Below, piece after piece: positions 1-8,886 of a stretch of 64,000 nt of DNA (positions are counted from its first letter, which is position 1; each line of letters opens with the position of its first letter). Origin of the DNA: a virus. The position numbers and the translations under genes are program-made. The stretch spans positions 96,001 through 160,000 of the IMG/VR virus record IMGVR_UViG_3300031525_000001. One strand, 5' to 3'. Under the pieces are notes generated by a model. The model had not been told where the DNA came from. It saw nothing but the letters and a program-made list of their open reading frames with translations, and did not search any database.

Positions 1-2
1 GA

Positions 3-3000
3 CACGCCGACAGACCGATCAATGAGGAACAGACGAAGCTGGAACAGGACGTAGATCGTTTCAGCAAGGAACTCAAGAAGTTCCCCAAAGGGCCAACGGG
101 CATGACGCCCGATGCTACCAAAGCTACCCCCGAGTGGCAGGCGGCGAAGCGCAATTACGATACGGCTTTCCAAGCTCTGCGGAATTACAATTCCAAACAC
201 ACGGCGGCTGACCTCGGTCGATGCTCCTGTGAGTGGGAAGAGTGCCCGCTGGGTCACAAGGCGGGCGGATGTCCGAACCCCGCCGCTCACATGCTTGAGA
301 TTTACGGATACAAGACTCGCTACTGCCAGCCATGCACCGATGCGACTATCGAGTACATCCGTCTGGAACAAGGCACGGGTGATGCTGACAATACGGTCAA
401 GATTTTATCTTCTGTACAGGAGCCATACTGCGATGGTTGCGATAGACTGAAAAAGAACTGCATCTGCGAGGGCTGTGATTGCCCCGAGAACAAGAACGCA
501 AGCAAGTACGGCGATAAAATCAAGAAGATGGAAGCTCGTCGTGGCGAGTCCATTGATGAGACCCTGAAGAAAGCGGACGGTGAAGAGCAGCCCACCCTTC
601 AAAAGCTTCCCAGTGAGGGCGGCTTTAAGCCTATCGCGGCAGGTCCTCAGTACGCGGCTCCCGGATTGCGCGTTGTGCTCGCCGAGGACTGGTTTATTTA
701 TGTGACGGATGAGACCACGGAGCACATGTGGGTTTACAATACGGAGATGTGGTACGAGTGGGGAGAGATTCCAAACGCTTTCGGTGAGGACACAACGAAG
801 CCTCAGCCCACGGTCGAAGCGATGATCCCGTATGCCAAGGGGCACACACCTCAACCCGTCATGAAAGACGATGGGCAGCAATTGACGCTTCAAGAGTTTG
901 AAACTGAGGGTGCGGAGTGGACTGACCCCGGCTTTGAAAAAGAAGGCATGATCGGGCACGACTTCGTGAACGCCGATCAGGATGCGATTCGTCCCAGCAT
1001 TACGCCGGGTGACACTGGACGCCTGCCTCATGGACGCACGCAAGGATCGAAAGAGGCTGCGGAACTCGCTGGGCGTGGGGGCGGGTCGGACGATGTGCGC
1101 GGAGCAGGCGATCTGTGGCGTGAAGAATTTTATCAAGAAGGCGGCTCGGCTGGGGCTCCTCCAAAGATTGCGACATCATTGAAGACGTTAGAGTGCTGCG
1201 GGTCGGTCACGAATCACCACAAGATCGATTGTCCGCAGAAGGAAAAGGTTTGGAATGATACACTCGGTAAGCTGTACCCATCAGGCACGGCGGGACCGAA
1301 GGTAGCGGGTAAATGGAAAGTCCTCCTGCGTGATCCCAAGGGTCAGCAACGTGAACAGCAGGTTTCAGGTGTGGACTACGGTTCTGCCGAACGTGCCGTG
1401 AAAAAGTACATGAAGGAAGGCGAGAAGGTTGTATCGATGACTATTGCGAGGAAGACAGCGGCTCCAGCGGCAGCGGCTCCCGCAGCACGTCCCGCCGCAC
1501 CTGCCGCCGCACCACAGACAGTAGTAGCTCCACCACCCGGAACGGCCGTTGCTCTGCCGGGTCAGCAACCAACGACCGAAGACGAGAAACCAATGCGGAA
1601 GACAGTTGTACCCGAACTTCCCGGAAAGAAGTGGCACATGACCAGCAAAACAGCAAGCATTCTCGAAGATGCCTTCGAGTATTTCATGGAAGGCAAGAAG
1701 GAGGGCGGGCTGGCGGACGTGTTCAACGAGCGTTACACCCGCACGGGCAAGGGCGAAGACAAGTACATCGCCTGCTCCAAGCTCATGATGGATTTTGAGT
1801 ACGCTTTCCGCCGCGAAGAGGACGGCTCGCTGAGCGACATCGACGACTATCGTGAAGACGCGGAGAACGCCCTGCGTGAAATTGTCGGCGACGACCCGAA
1901 CTATACCGAGCAGGGTCATACCGAGAGATCAAGCGGCGGTGTTACTGAGACGCCCAACAAGGTGAGTGCGGGATTGCTGACCGAACAGAACACGCCAGAG
2001 ATGGAAGCTCGCGTAGCACAGTTGGCACAGACGCACCCCGAGACCGAGATTCACGAGAACTGCAATCCGTACTTTGAGCACGGGCAGTGGTGGATTGTTT
2101 GTGGGCCGTGCGGAGCCACGTGGTCGGTTGTTGACGTAGGTCACCACATGGGCGACGAAGGCGATCTTGATCTCGAACAGATTGACAACGGCGACGACTC
2201 TTGCCAAGAAAATTTCCATGAGTCTTCCACCCTCCCCATCCCGTCATCGCTGGCGACGAAGGCAGAGAACGTGATTGAGGCTTCTATCGAGAAGGAAGCG
2301 GACGGAGCACGCTTGACTAACATCAGCACTCACGATCTGGACACTGACACCGATGGTCACTGCAAGCGTTGCGGTATGAGTATGCAGGAAGCCTCGAAAG
2401 CTCCATGCGCCAAGACTGGTTCGGCGAAGAAAGCGTGGCTTGATGAGGAGGAGACATCGGAAATTCAGGGTCGTTTGGAATACCTCCGAGGCGAACTCCG
2501 CGCCGAGCGGATCAGTCAGGGAGAGTTGATGGAATTACAGGGCCTTGCCGACTACATTGATCCCGGCGATGTGGAATTGTTGGAAGCCGCTGGTGTCGAA
2601 GAAGTTATACCTCAGCCCGATGTACCCATTGAGACACCTGAGTTCGGCGAAGCCGATAAAACCCGTCTGAGGGGTCTTGGTGTAATTGGAAAGAAAAAGA
2701 AAGCGTTCGAGCCGGGTGCCAACAGTGGTATCCGTGGTTCCAACGACGGCACGTACATCTATCAAGCGGACGTGTGGTGCGAGAAGTGTGCGACAGAAAT
2801 TGCTGCCACGCTGGACGCGGAGGGTAAGACGCCGCCTAACGTGATGGACGAGGCTTCGTATGATTCGGACAACTACCCGAAAGGGCCGTTCTTCGAGGAA
2901 GAATCCGATGCACCCGAGCACTGCTCTGGTTGCCACATTTTCCTTGAGAACCCATTGACCACGGACGGTCAGACGTACATGCAGTCGATGGTTGACGAGG

Positions 3001-4505
3001 CTCTGGCGAAGGGTCGCGGCGATGAGCCACACATTAAGGAATGGATGGACTTTTACGGGTATCATCCTGAGGAGAAGGACATGCAAGAACATGAATCATC
3101 CGACGCATCGGACAAGATCAACGCAATGCCGCAACGCGGCGGCAAGCTCAAGACCCCCGCACAGTTGGGTCTCACCGAAAAGTCAGACCTCGATCTGGCT
3201 AACGAGGGAATCCCACCTCGTCACAGCAGCGAGGACAAAGTAGCGGCGACTGAACAGCCCACGTCTGGCGAAGACGAGGGGTTCAACGTCAAGGTCGTCT
3301 ACAACAAGTACGGCATCACGCTGGAGCCCACCGCCAACCTGCTCAGCGATGTGCAGGGTATCGGCGAGATGATTAACAAGCCGAATATCTTCGAACTCAT
3401 GGAGGACTTCTTCACCAATGGCTGGGAGATGGTCAACCCCGAGGACATTGGAGCACTGACATCCGGCGAACTCATGAGCGACCAAGACGGTAACGTCTAC
3501 TGGCACGAGCGTTACCAGATCGAGGACATGGTTGAAGAACTGATGAATGGCAACAAGGTCAACTTGCAGTACGGCGGCAACCTGTTCGAAATGGACGAGG
3601 GCAGCGAGATTGCCCCGCCTGCCGAACCTGATCCGAATCAGATGGACCTTCCACTTCAGTCTTCCGCTGAGGACACCGACTACAAAGACTGGCAGTATGA
3701 GGTCGCTAATGGCGACACGAAGCTTAATTTCGAGGACTGGAAAATGTACAAAGAAGAAGCGGATAAGTTCAGCCCAACGAGTTCGTCCGAGGACACTGAC
3801 CATAAAGACTGGCAGTATGAAGTTGCCAACGGCGACACCAAACTGAATTTCGAACAGTGGAAAGAACACAAGCGGGAAGCCGATTCGTTTGGTCCGAATA
3901 AAAAGGAAGCCACGGGCGAGATGAGCCAGTCTGAAGCCGATGACGCCGAAGCATGGCCGATGCACCACGCCATCGCGAAGGCACTGGGCGGCACAGTCAA
4001 GGCGTTCGACCAGTATCAGGGTCCGTATGTCCTTGTGGGCTCCGAGATTCGCGGACAGGGCACCTATGCCCCTGCCATTCCGATGAAGGGCACCGTCCGT
4101 CTATGGATTCAAGCGACAGAAGGCGGCGACGGAGCGGAGCTTCAGGTCTACAATGAGGACAATCAGAAGCTCAGCGAGCCGTTCTGGTGGGAAGACACCA
4201 ACGCGGCGGTCGATGCCGCCATGAGCGTGCTCGATCAGCCCGCAGCTAAAGCCAAGCAGCCAAAGCCGCCCGCAAAGCGTAAGGGTAGCGAAGAGAAGCA
4301 GGCAGCACCCGGCGACGGCGGACTCCAACGCGACGTGCAGAATCAGTACGAGAACCACCCACTGATCGAAATGCTGTGGGGCTCCCTGAAACGTGACCCG
4401 TCGAACAAAGATCGTGTGCAGACGGCATGGGGCACCAAGACGAAGCAGGGTTTGGTACTCAGCGTGGCTCGCGCCATGAAGGAAACCCCCGTCTCTGGAG
4501 AATAA
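3..4505 (+). CDS. Giant acidic mosaic protein, 5'-partial (over 1500 aa); candidate virion-internal polyprotein
   Basis: The frame is open from position 3, so the gene starts upstream of the window. It is D/E-rich, has many Cys/His mini-modules separated by K-x-A and (H/E)-x-S-S linkers, and carries a duplicated 40-aa unit at 3669-3908. Confidence 0.85.
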   Translation, partial: HADRPINEEQTKLEQDVDRFSKELKKFPKGPTGMTPDATKATPEWQAAKRNYDTAFQALRNYNSKHTAADLGRCSCEWEECPLGHKAGGCPNPAAHMLEIYGYKTRYCQPCTDATIEYIRLEQGTGDADNTVKILSSVQEPYCDGCDRLKKNCICEGCDCPENKNASKYGDKIKKMEARRGESIDETLKKADGEEQPTLQKLPSEGGFKPIAAGPQYAAPGLRVVLAEDWFIYVTDETTEHMWVYNTEMWYEWGEIPNAFGEDTTKPQPTVEAMIPYAKGHTPQPVMKDDGQQLTLQEFETEGAEWTDPGFEKEGMIGHDFVNADQDAIRPSITPGDTGRLPHGRTQGSKEAAELAGRGGGSDDVRGAGDLWREEFYQEGGSAGAPPKIATSLKTLECCGSVTNHHKIDCPQKEKVWNDTLGKLYPSGTAGPKVAGKWKVLLRDPKGQQREQQVSGVDYGSAERAVKKYMKEGEKVVSMTIARKTAAPAAAAPAARPAAPAAAPQTVVAPPPGTAVALPGQQPTTEDEKPMRKTVVPELPGKKWHMTSKTASILEDAFEYFMEGKKEGGLADVFNERYTRTGKGEDKYIACSKLMMDFEYAFRREEDGSLSDIDDYREDAENALREIVGDDPNYTEQGHTERSSGGVTETPNKVSAGLLTEQNTPEMEARVAQLAQTHPETEIHENCNPYFEHGQWWIVCGPCGATWSVVDVGHHMGDEGDLDLEQIDNGDDSCQENFHESSTLPIPSSLATKAENVIEASIEKEADGARLTNISTHDLDTDTDGHCKRCGMSMQEASKAPCAKTGSAKKAWLDEEETSEIQGRLEYLRGELRAERISQGELMELQGLADYIDPGDVELLEAAGVEEVIPQPDVPIETPEFGEADKTRLRGLGVIGKKKKAFEPGANSGIRGSNDGTYIYQADVWCEKCATEIAATLDAEGKTPPNVMDEASYDSDNYPKGPFFEEESDAPEHCSGCHIFLENPLTTDGQTYMQSMVDEALAKGRGDEPHIKEWMDFYGYHPEEKDMQEHESSDASDKINAMPQRGGKLKTPAQLGLTEKSDLDLANEGIPPRHSSEDKVAATEQPTSGEDEGFNVKVVYNKYGITLEPTANLLSDVQGIGEMINKPNIFELMEDFFTNGWEMVNPEDIGALTSGELMSDQDGNVYWHERYQIEDMVEELMNGNKVNLQYGGNLFEMDEGSEIAPPAEPDPNQMDLPLQSSAEDTDYKDWQYEVANGDTKLNFEDWKMYKEEADKFSPTSSSEDTDHKDWQYEVANGDTKLNFEQWKEHKREADSFGPNKKEATGEMSQSEADDAEAWPMHHAIAKALGGTVKAFDQYQGPYVLVGSEIRGQGTYAPAIPMKGTVRLWIQATEGGDGAELQVYNEDNQKLSEPFWWEDTNAAVDAAMSVLDQPAAKAKQPKPPAKRKGSEEKQAAPGDGGLQRDVQNQYENHPLIEMLWGSLKRDPSNKDRVQTAWGTKTKQGLVLSVARAMKETPVSGE

Positions 4506-4579
4506 ACCATGGAACGATTAGCCGCAGAATACTTGGAAAAACACGCCTACCAAACACCTATTGTAGAGAGGGAAACACC

Positions 4580-5653
4580 ATGGCAAACGTAAAGAAGGCA
4601 GACCGTGAGGCAGTTCGCAAGGCTATTGTAGCCCGCCGCGAAGCCCGTAAGACCGAAAAAGTGGCTCAATACGCGAAAATGCGTGAAACAGCGAAGTCCC
4701 CGGCGAAGTTCGCCAAGGTCCTCGACGAGCTTGTCGCCAAGACCGCTCGTCAGGCTGACAGCATGGAAGCCCTCCGTCACAACCTCGGTCTCGCGAGAAT
4801 CGCCAAGGATGCTCCCGCCAAAATCCGCGTTGCAGCCGCCCAAAAGTACGGCAAGAAGTTCATCCGTATCGCCGAAGAGCAGCCAGATATTCTGGCTGAC
4901 GCCCTCCAGCAAGCCTATAAGGGCTTGGATGAGCAGGCAGCCGCGATGGAAATCGCCGCCGAAGCTCTGGGTATCGACTTGGGTGCCACGCCTGCTGAGA
5001 AGGCATTTACCGACGAAGGCAAGCACGAACTTGAGCTTGGTGAAGACAAGGGCGAAGCTGTAGCCGAGTCCGAAGGTCCCGATTTTGAAGCCAAGGAAGA
5101 GACTGAAGCTGAAGCCGCAGCCGAACCCGCCGACGACGCGGAACCTGAAGCAGAGAAGGAAGCCGCCTCTGGCTCCGACGCTTTCAGCACCGACCGTGAC
5201 CCATCCGGCAACCCCAAGGCACCGCAGAAGGCCAAGATGCCGCAGGCTCAGGGCGAGGCTGAGGGCAACAAACAGGGTTCTGGTGCACAGGAACCGACCA
5301 AGCAGAAGTACACCATCGCACCGCACTCCGAAAGTGCTGAGAAGTTCGTGAAGGAAATTCCGCAGGCTCAGGGTAAAGAAGCTGGCAACAAGCTTTCCGC
5401 GATGAGCAAGAAGGATTTCATCGCTCTGGCAGACGCAATCAAGAACATGAGCGTCGGTCCCGATGAGAAGCGCAACATCGCCGAGGGATTGTGCAGCACA
5501 CTACGCGCATCCAACCCACGTTTCATGAAGGAACGCTTCATGGGCTACGTGATGGGCGAGAATGGTCCGAGCGGCGGTGCAGTAAAGCCGATTGGACAGC
5601 CGCGTAAGTCGCGTCCCGCACCGATCACGACTGCTCCCGCTGAAGGCATGTAA
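4580..5653 (+). CDS. Ala/Glu/Lys-rich helical protein (scaffold or internal head-like), about 357 aa
   Basis: ATG at 4580 follows GAGAGGG. It has coiled-coil character, an acidic middle, K-x-A motifs and a C-terminal module beginning MSKKDFIALADAIK. Confidence 0.8.
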   Translation: MANVKKADREAVRKAIVARREARKTEKVAQYAKMRETAKSPAKFAKVLDELVAKTARQADSMEALRHNLGLARIAKDAPAKIRVAAAQKYGKKFIRIAEEQPDILADALQQAYKGLDEQAAAMEIAAEALGIDLGATPAEKAFTDEGKHELELGEDKGEAVAESEGPDFEAKEETEAEAAAEPADDAEPEAEKEAASGSDAFSTDRDPSGNPKAPQKAKMPQAQGEAEGNKQGSGAQEPTKQKYTIAPHSESAEKFVKEIPQAQGKEAGNKLSAMSKKDFIALADAIKNMSVGPDEKRNIAEGLCSTLRASNPRFMKERFMGYVMGENGPSGGAVKPIGQPRKSRPAPITTAPAEGM

Positions 5654-5914
5654 ATGTTCTTCGTCTTCACAGGTGAAGAATACTACCCGGGCGGCGGCTG
5701 GAGTGATTTCCAAGGCACAGCCGACACCATTGAGGCAGCCCGTGCCAAAGTGGAATCCGTGATGGGCAACGACGATTGGTATCACATCGTCGATACCTCC
5801 TCCCTGAAGATAGTCGAAGAAGGCTCCATCAAAGACTTAACCACTTACGACCCCTACGAAGAGAAACGTCAAGCCGTTCCCGCCGCAGGCGGCGAAGGCT
5901 ACCACGGCGTATAA
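5654..5914 (+). CDS. Small phage hypothetical protein (YYPGGGWSDF motif)
   Basis: 86-aa ORF abutting the upstream stop, with typical codon usage. Confidence 0.75.
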   Translation: MFFVFTGEEYYPGGGWSDFQGTADTIEAARAKVESVMGNDDWYHIVDTSSLKIVEEGSIKDLTTYDPYEEKRQAVPAAGGEGYHGV

Positions 5915-5947
5915 CCTGTTGAAAACAAACCAAATATAGTCCAAAAT

Positions 5948-5980
5948 TCCTATCGTTTCTGACCCATTTTTGGGTATAAT
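5948..5980 (+). promoter_or_regulatory. Class A phage promoter TCCTATC-N17-GGGTATAAT (leaderless gene follows)
   Basis: The same motif and spacing recur at 6959 and 63519. ATG lies 7 nt after TATAAT. Confidence 0.75.
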
Positions 5981-5986
5981 AGGGAC

Positions 5987-6211
5987 ATGACAAGCACCCA
6001 AGTAACGAATGCCCTGAAAGAGATTTGCGATGCGTTGATCGCGGTTGTGGCATCCAGCGGAAAACTTGGTACGCCTGCTGGAACTCTTTATGCAGCCCTG
6101 ATGACGCATGGCTGCTCCCTCGAACAATTTGAGCAGGTCATGTCGGCTCTGGTTGCCGCAAGAAAACTCACGAAGCGGGGTGACCTTTACTTCGCAGTGG
6201 AGGCGAAATGA
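5987..6211 (+). CDS. Small hypothetical protein (possible winged-helix-like)
   Basis: 74-aa leaderless ORF with an ATGA overlap to the next gene. Confidence 0.75.
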   Translation: MTSTQVTNALKEICDALIAVVASSGKLGTPAGTLYAALMTHGCSLEQFEQVMSALVAARKLTKRGDLYFAVEAK

Positions 6212-6411
6212 CGTTCATCGAGAAGGTCAACACGTTCGAAGCACTGTACGCGGCCTACATCGCGAAATTGGCTCGGCTGGATGAACTCAAAGCCAACGGT
6301 CGCTACGGCTACCAACTACGGATGCCGAAGAAATCCCTGAGCATCGCCGTCGCCAACCTGCGGCAGTTTGGGCAGGAACAGAACGTCGAAATCGCTTCCT
6401 TACTCAACTAG
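6208..6411 (+). CDS. Small hypothetical protein
   Basis: 67 aa, ATGA-coupled. It ends in TAG, in frame with the next ORF. Confidence 0.7.
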   Translation: MTFIEKVNTFEALYAAYIAKLARLDELKANGRYGYQLRMPKKSLSIAVANLRQFGQEQNVEIASLLN

Positions 6412-6420
6412 GAGACTGAC

Positions 6421-6720
6421 ATGCGGATATTGCTTTTCAGCCTGATGCTTGCGGTTCCAGCCTTCGCGCAAGAGCCGCGCACGCCTATCAAACCAGCGGA
6501 CCCCGTTGCCGCCGCTACCCATGACGTGACTGTCATCAGCGGCGAGTGCATGGACAAGCCATCGGTCCTGCCCACGGCGCTCCCGATCCTGAGAATTTCT
6601 CTTGGCGAGTACGCCCGCCAGATTCGAGCGCAGCACGCCGCCGCACCCAAGGCCGCGAAGATTACCAGCAACGATAGGTTTGACGCAGAAGTAGAACTCG
6701 AAGCAAAGGTGACGAACTAA
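6421..6720 (+). CDS. Secreted hypothetical protein
   Basis: AGGAG RBS; signal peptide MRILLFSLMLAVPAFA-QE. Confidence 0.7.
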   Translation: MRILLFSLMLAVPAFAQEPRTPIKPADPVAAATHDVTVISGECMDKPSVLPTALPILRISLGEYARQIRAQHAAAPKAAKITSNDRFDAEVELEAKVTN

Positions 6721-6983
6721 TGGTGCAATGTCAAAGCTGCGGAGCATGGGCTGGTCGCTACGAGCACGAAACTCAAGAAAGCGGTTGTCCGCCAGCACGG
6801 AATGGAGACCCGCATCATCGCTGCCCGTGTAGGCAAGAAGCGGGATGGCAAGACTCCGCTGGAGGTCCAGTGGTTGGGCTACGAGGGCTTCATCAACGGC
6901 GGCTGGCACGCGGTGGACGCCGATACTCGCATCGACCTGCTCTAAAAATAGTTCGGATTCCTATCCTTTTCGAGCCCCGATAG
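6720..6983 (+). CDS. Small Cys-rich hypothetical (true frame ambiguous; alternative 6802-6945)
   Basis: TAATG overlap and a CQSC motif; a competing frame also looks protein-like. Confidence 0.35.
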   Translation: MVQCQSCGAWAGRYEHETQESGCPPARNGDPHHRCPCRQEAGWQDSAGGPVVGLRGLHQRRLARGGRRYSHRPALKIVRIPILFEPR

Positions 6984-6991
6984 GGTATAAT
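6959..6991 (+). promoter_or_regulatory. Class A phage promoter TCCTATC-N17-GGGTATAAT
   Basis: Identical motif spacing to 5948 and 63519; no ORF follows it. Confidence 0.65.
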
Positions 6992-7034
6992 GTAAGTGAT
7001 AGTTTTGCTGGTGAGCGCGGAAAAACCAGTATCG

Positions 7035-7069
7035 GGGTGCGAGCCTAGAGCCGCACCCTATTTCTTTTT
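7035..7069 (+). terminator. Rho-independent terminator (likely bidirectional)
   Basis: GGGTGCG/CGCACCC stem followed by ATTTCTTTTT, between convergent genes. Confidence 0.7.
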
Positions 7070-7253
7070 AGGCAAGACGGGCTTCTTGCTTGTTGAGGGC
7101 TTCGGTGATCTTGGTTGCCTTCGTGCCGCGTAAATCCTCGTTGAGAACATAAGCGACCACGGTCTGCGACAGCTTGAGACCAGTGGCGATGCCATACTGA
7201 GTCTTCCCGGCGTGGCCAAGTTGAATGATTTTATCGACTGTGAGTTGATCCAT
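7068..7253 (-). CDS. Small HTH DNA-binding protein
   Basis: KTQYGIATGLKLSQTVVAYVL is a helix-turn-helix pattern. Confidence 0.7.
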   Translation of the reverse strand: MDQLTVDKIIQLGHAGKTQYGIATGLKLSQTVVAYVLNEDLRGTKATKITEALNKQEARLA

Positions 7254-7259
7254 ACCTAC

Positions 7260-7287
7260 TCCTTATTCGTAATTCCTTATTCGTAAT
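7260..7287. repeat. 14-nt perfect tandem duplication (TCCTTATTCGTAAT x2)
   Basis: Directly visible; it overlaps a stop codon and RBS on the minus strand. Confidence 0.85.
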
Positions 7288-7432
7288 AGACGATCATGAA
7301 ATACTCGCTGAAGCCGCCACGTCCTGACTTGACTACCGAGAAGATCGTGTAGCTTTGGCTTTGAAGGCTGTTGAGTCTGTCTTCCAGATCGTTGTCCTTG
7401 ACCTCGGTCGTGTGCCACTTTCGAATCGCCAT
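7277..7432 (-). CDS. Small hypothetical protein (51 aa, MAIRKWHTTEVKD...)
   Basis: Not in the ORF track. ATG lies 6 nt downstream of an AGTATTA box. Confidence 0.6.
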   Translation of the reverse strand: MAIRKWHTTEVKDNDLEDRLNSLQSQSYTIFSVVKSGRGGFSEYFMIVYYE

Positions 7433-7443
7433 ACTGTTTAATA

Positions 7444-8139
7444 CTACCGATTTGCCCGACTTACGAACATGTGGTCAAAATCGGGGTCTGTGATTTTCAC
7501 TCGGAAGTCCCCAAGGATTGCGGGATCGGTTCGGTAAATATTCCCCAATTTTTGAACCTTCCGCTTCGAGAATCCCGTGCCGCTTGGGTTGGCTTTATCA
7601 ATGAGAGAATGGATGAACGCTCCCAACGCCTTCTCTTCAGGGTCTTTGGATTCCAGCAGTTGCTTGCTTGACCGACTCATCGCACGGCGGATGTCAGGGC
7701 GGTGGAGCTTGTGAATTTCGGCAACACGCTGGAAGCTCCGGGTTTTGATGTACAGGTCAATGATCGTGCTCAGGGGCACGCTCTTGATGCTGTTCTCAAG
7801 TTTCGACTGCACCAACACGTTCTTCATCTTCTCCTCGGTGAACTCCTCCCCATACAGGATGAACGCGCATAGCACCTTGACCGCCATGCGGATGCGGAAG
7901 GAGCAGACCGTCTGCGTGCTGCGGTGGATGATCGCCAGTGTGTTTTGGGTCTTGCTCAGCAGGTAGTAGCTCAGCAGGAGTTCCTGATCCTCCTTCTTCA
8001 GAAGACGTAAAATCTTCAGGAACATTGGGAAATTCTCCTGAATGTAGGTGAGGATTTTCTGGTCCTCTTTCTTCTTGGGGTCGCTCTCTGCACTGAGAAG
8101 GGTCTGCCCTTCGAGGGCCTCTTCATCGGTTAGGAGCAT
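7444..8139 (-). CDS. Transcription regulator with sigma70 region-4-like HTH plus a second HTH
   Basis: LKKEDQELLLSYYLLSKTQNTLAIIHRSTQTVCSFRI and FQRVAEIHKLHRPDIRRAM. The frame is open upstream to an ATT at 8187. Confidence 0.65.
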   Translation of the reverse strand: MLLTDEEALEGQTLLSAESDPKKKEDQKILTYIQENFPMFLKILRLLKKEDQELLLSYYLLSKTQNTLAIIHRSTQTVCSFRIRMAVKVLCAFILYGEEFTEEKMKNVLVQSKLENSIKSVPLSTIIDLYIKTRSFQRVAEIHKLHRPDIRRAMSRSSKQLLESKDPEEKALGAFIHSLIDKANPSGTGFSKRKVQKLGNIYRTDPAILGDFRVKITDPDFDHMFVSRANR

Positions 8140-8188
8140 TGCGCGGGCAGAAGTGATGGAGTCGAAGTAGGGCGTGTTTTCCGAAATT

Positions 8189-8794
8189 TTAGTTCACCTT
8201 TCCCCAACGCACAGCGGAGCCTTTGATGCCGCCTCGACTGAGCATTGTAGGGTCTTTCAGGATTTGTTGTTCAAAACGTTTTGCTTGTGCGGCTCGGACC
8301 TCGGGTGTCCAACCAGCCTTTTGTGCTTCTTGCATTTCGGCTCTGATTTTAGGGTCTTGCCAGCGAGCCTTGTTTTTCTTGCCAGAAGCCGCCTTGCCTT
8401 TCACAGTATCCGCCGTCGTGAATTTGTAGTAGTCCCCACGAGCCTTTCGTGCGATCCAAGCCTTCTTCATCTTGGCGATGGTCTCAGGCGAGGTTACGGG
8501 TGCCCATGCGTCACTGGTGACGTTGTAACCGAATTCTCGATCACACGCTTGAAGCCGGGTGATCCAAGCCTGTTCTCGGGCACGAAGCCATACAAGATCA
8601 TCGACTTGTTCTAGAAGTTCGAACTCAAAAGCGTTGGCCCCATATCTGAGCCAAGCGGCTTGAAGGTGCACATTGGGGTGTTTTTGGACTTTCAAAAGAC
8701 GGGTGTGGTGATATTTCCGCCGAATCACATCGGTTGTTGACCCGATGTAAACCTTTCCGTTTTCAACATTTACCCAGCAGTAAACACCGACCAT
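8189..8794 (-). CDS. GIY-YIG homing endonuclease
   Basis: GVY...KVYIGST...RR..HH...H.N..LQ..W..YG...F.FE motif. Confidence 0.9.
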   Translation of the reverse strand: MVGVYCWVNVENGKVYIGSTTDVIRRKYHHTRLLKVQKHPNVHLQAAWLRYGANAFEFELLEQVDDLVWLRAREQAWITRLQACDREFGYNVTSDAWAPVTSPETIAKMKKAWIARKARGDYYKFTTADTVKGKAASGKKNKARWQDPKIRAEMQEAQKAGWTPEVRAAQAKRFEQQILKDPTMLSRGGIKGSAVRWGKVN

Positions 8795-8837
8795 GTGTTA
8801 TAATACTAAACCCCACGTAATTTTTTGAGGTTTTTCC

Positions 8838-8868
8838 AAAATAAAACGGGCTCCCCGAGAGGAGCCCG
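8838..8868 (-). terminator. Rho-independent terminator
   Basis: CGGGCTCC/GGAGCCCG stem followed by TTTTATTTT on the minus strand, after the 8887 gene. Confidence 0.75.
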
Positions 8869-8886
8869 ATGAGTCTGACCAGCGAC

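Noticed and set aside
4509-4592. 27-codon ORF between the first two large genes
   Set aside because: It is too short and has no RBS; it may be real (contains EKHA) but cannot be supported.
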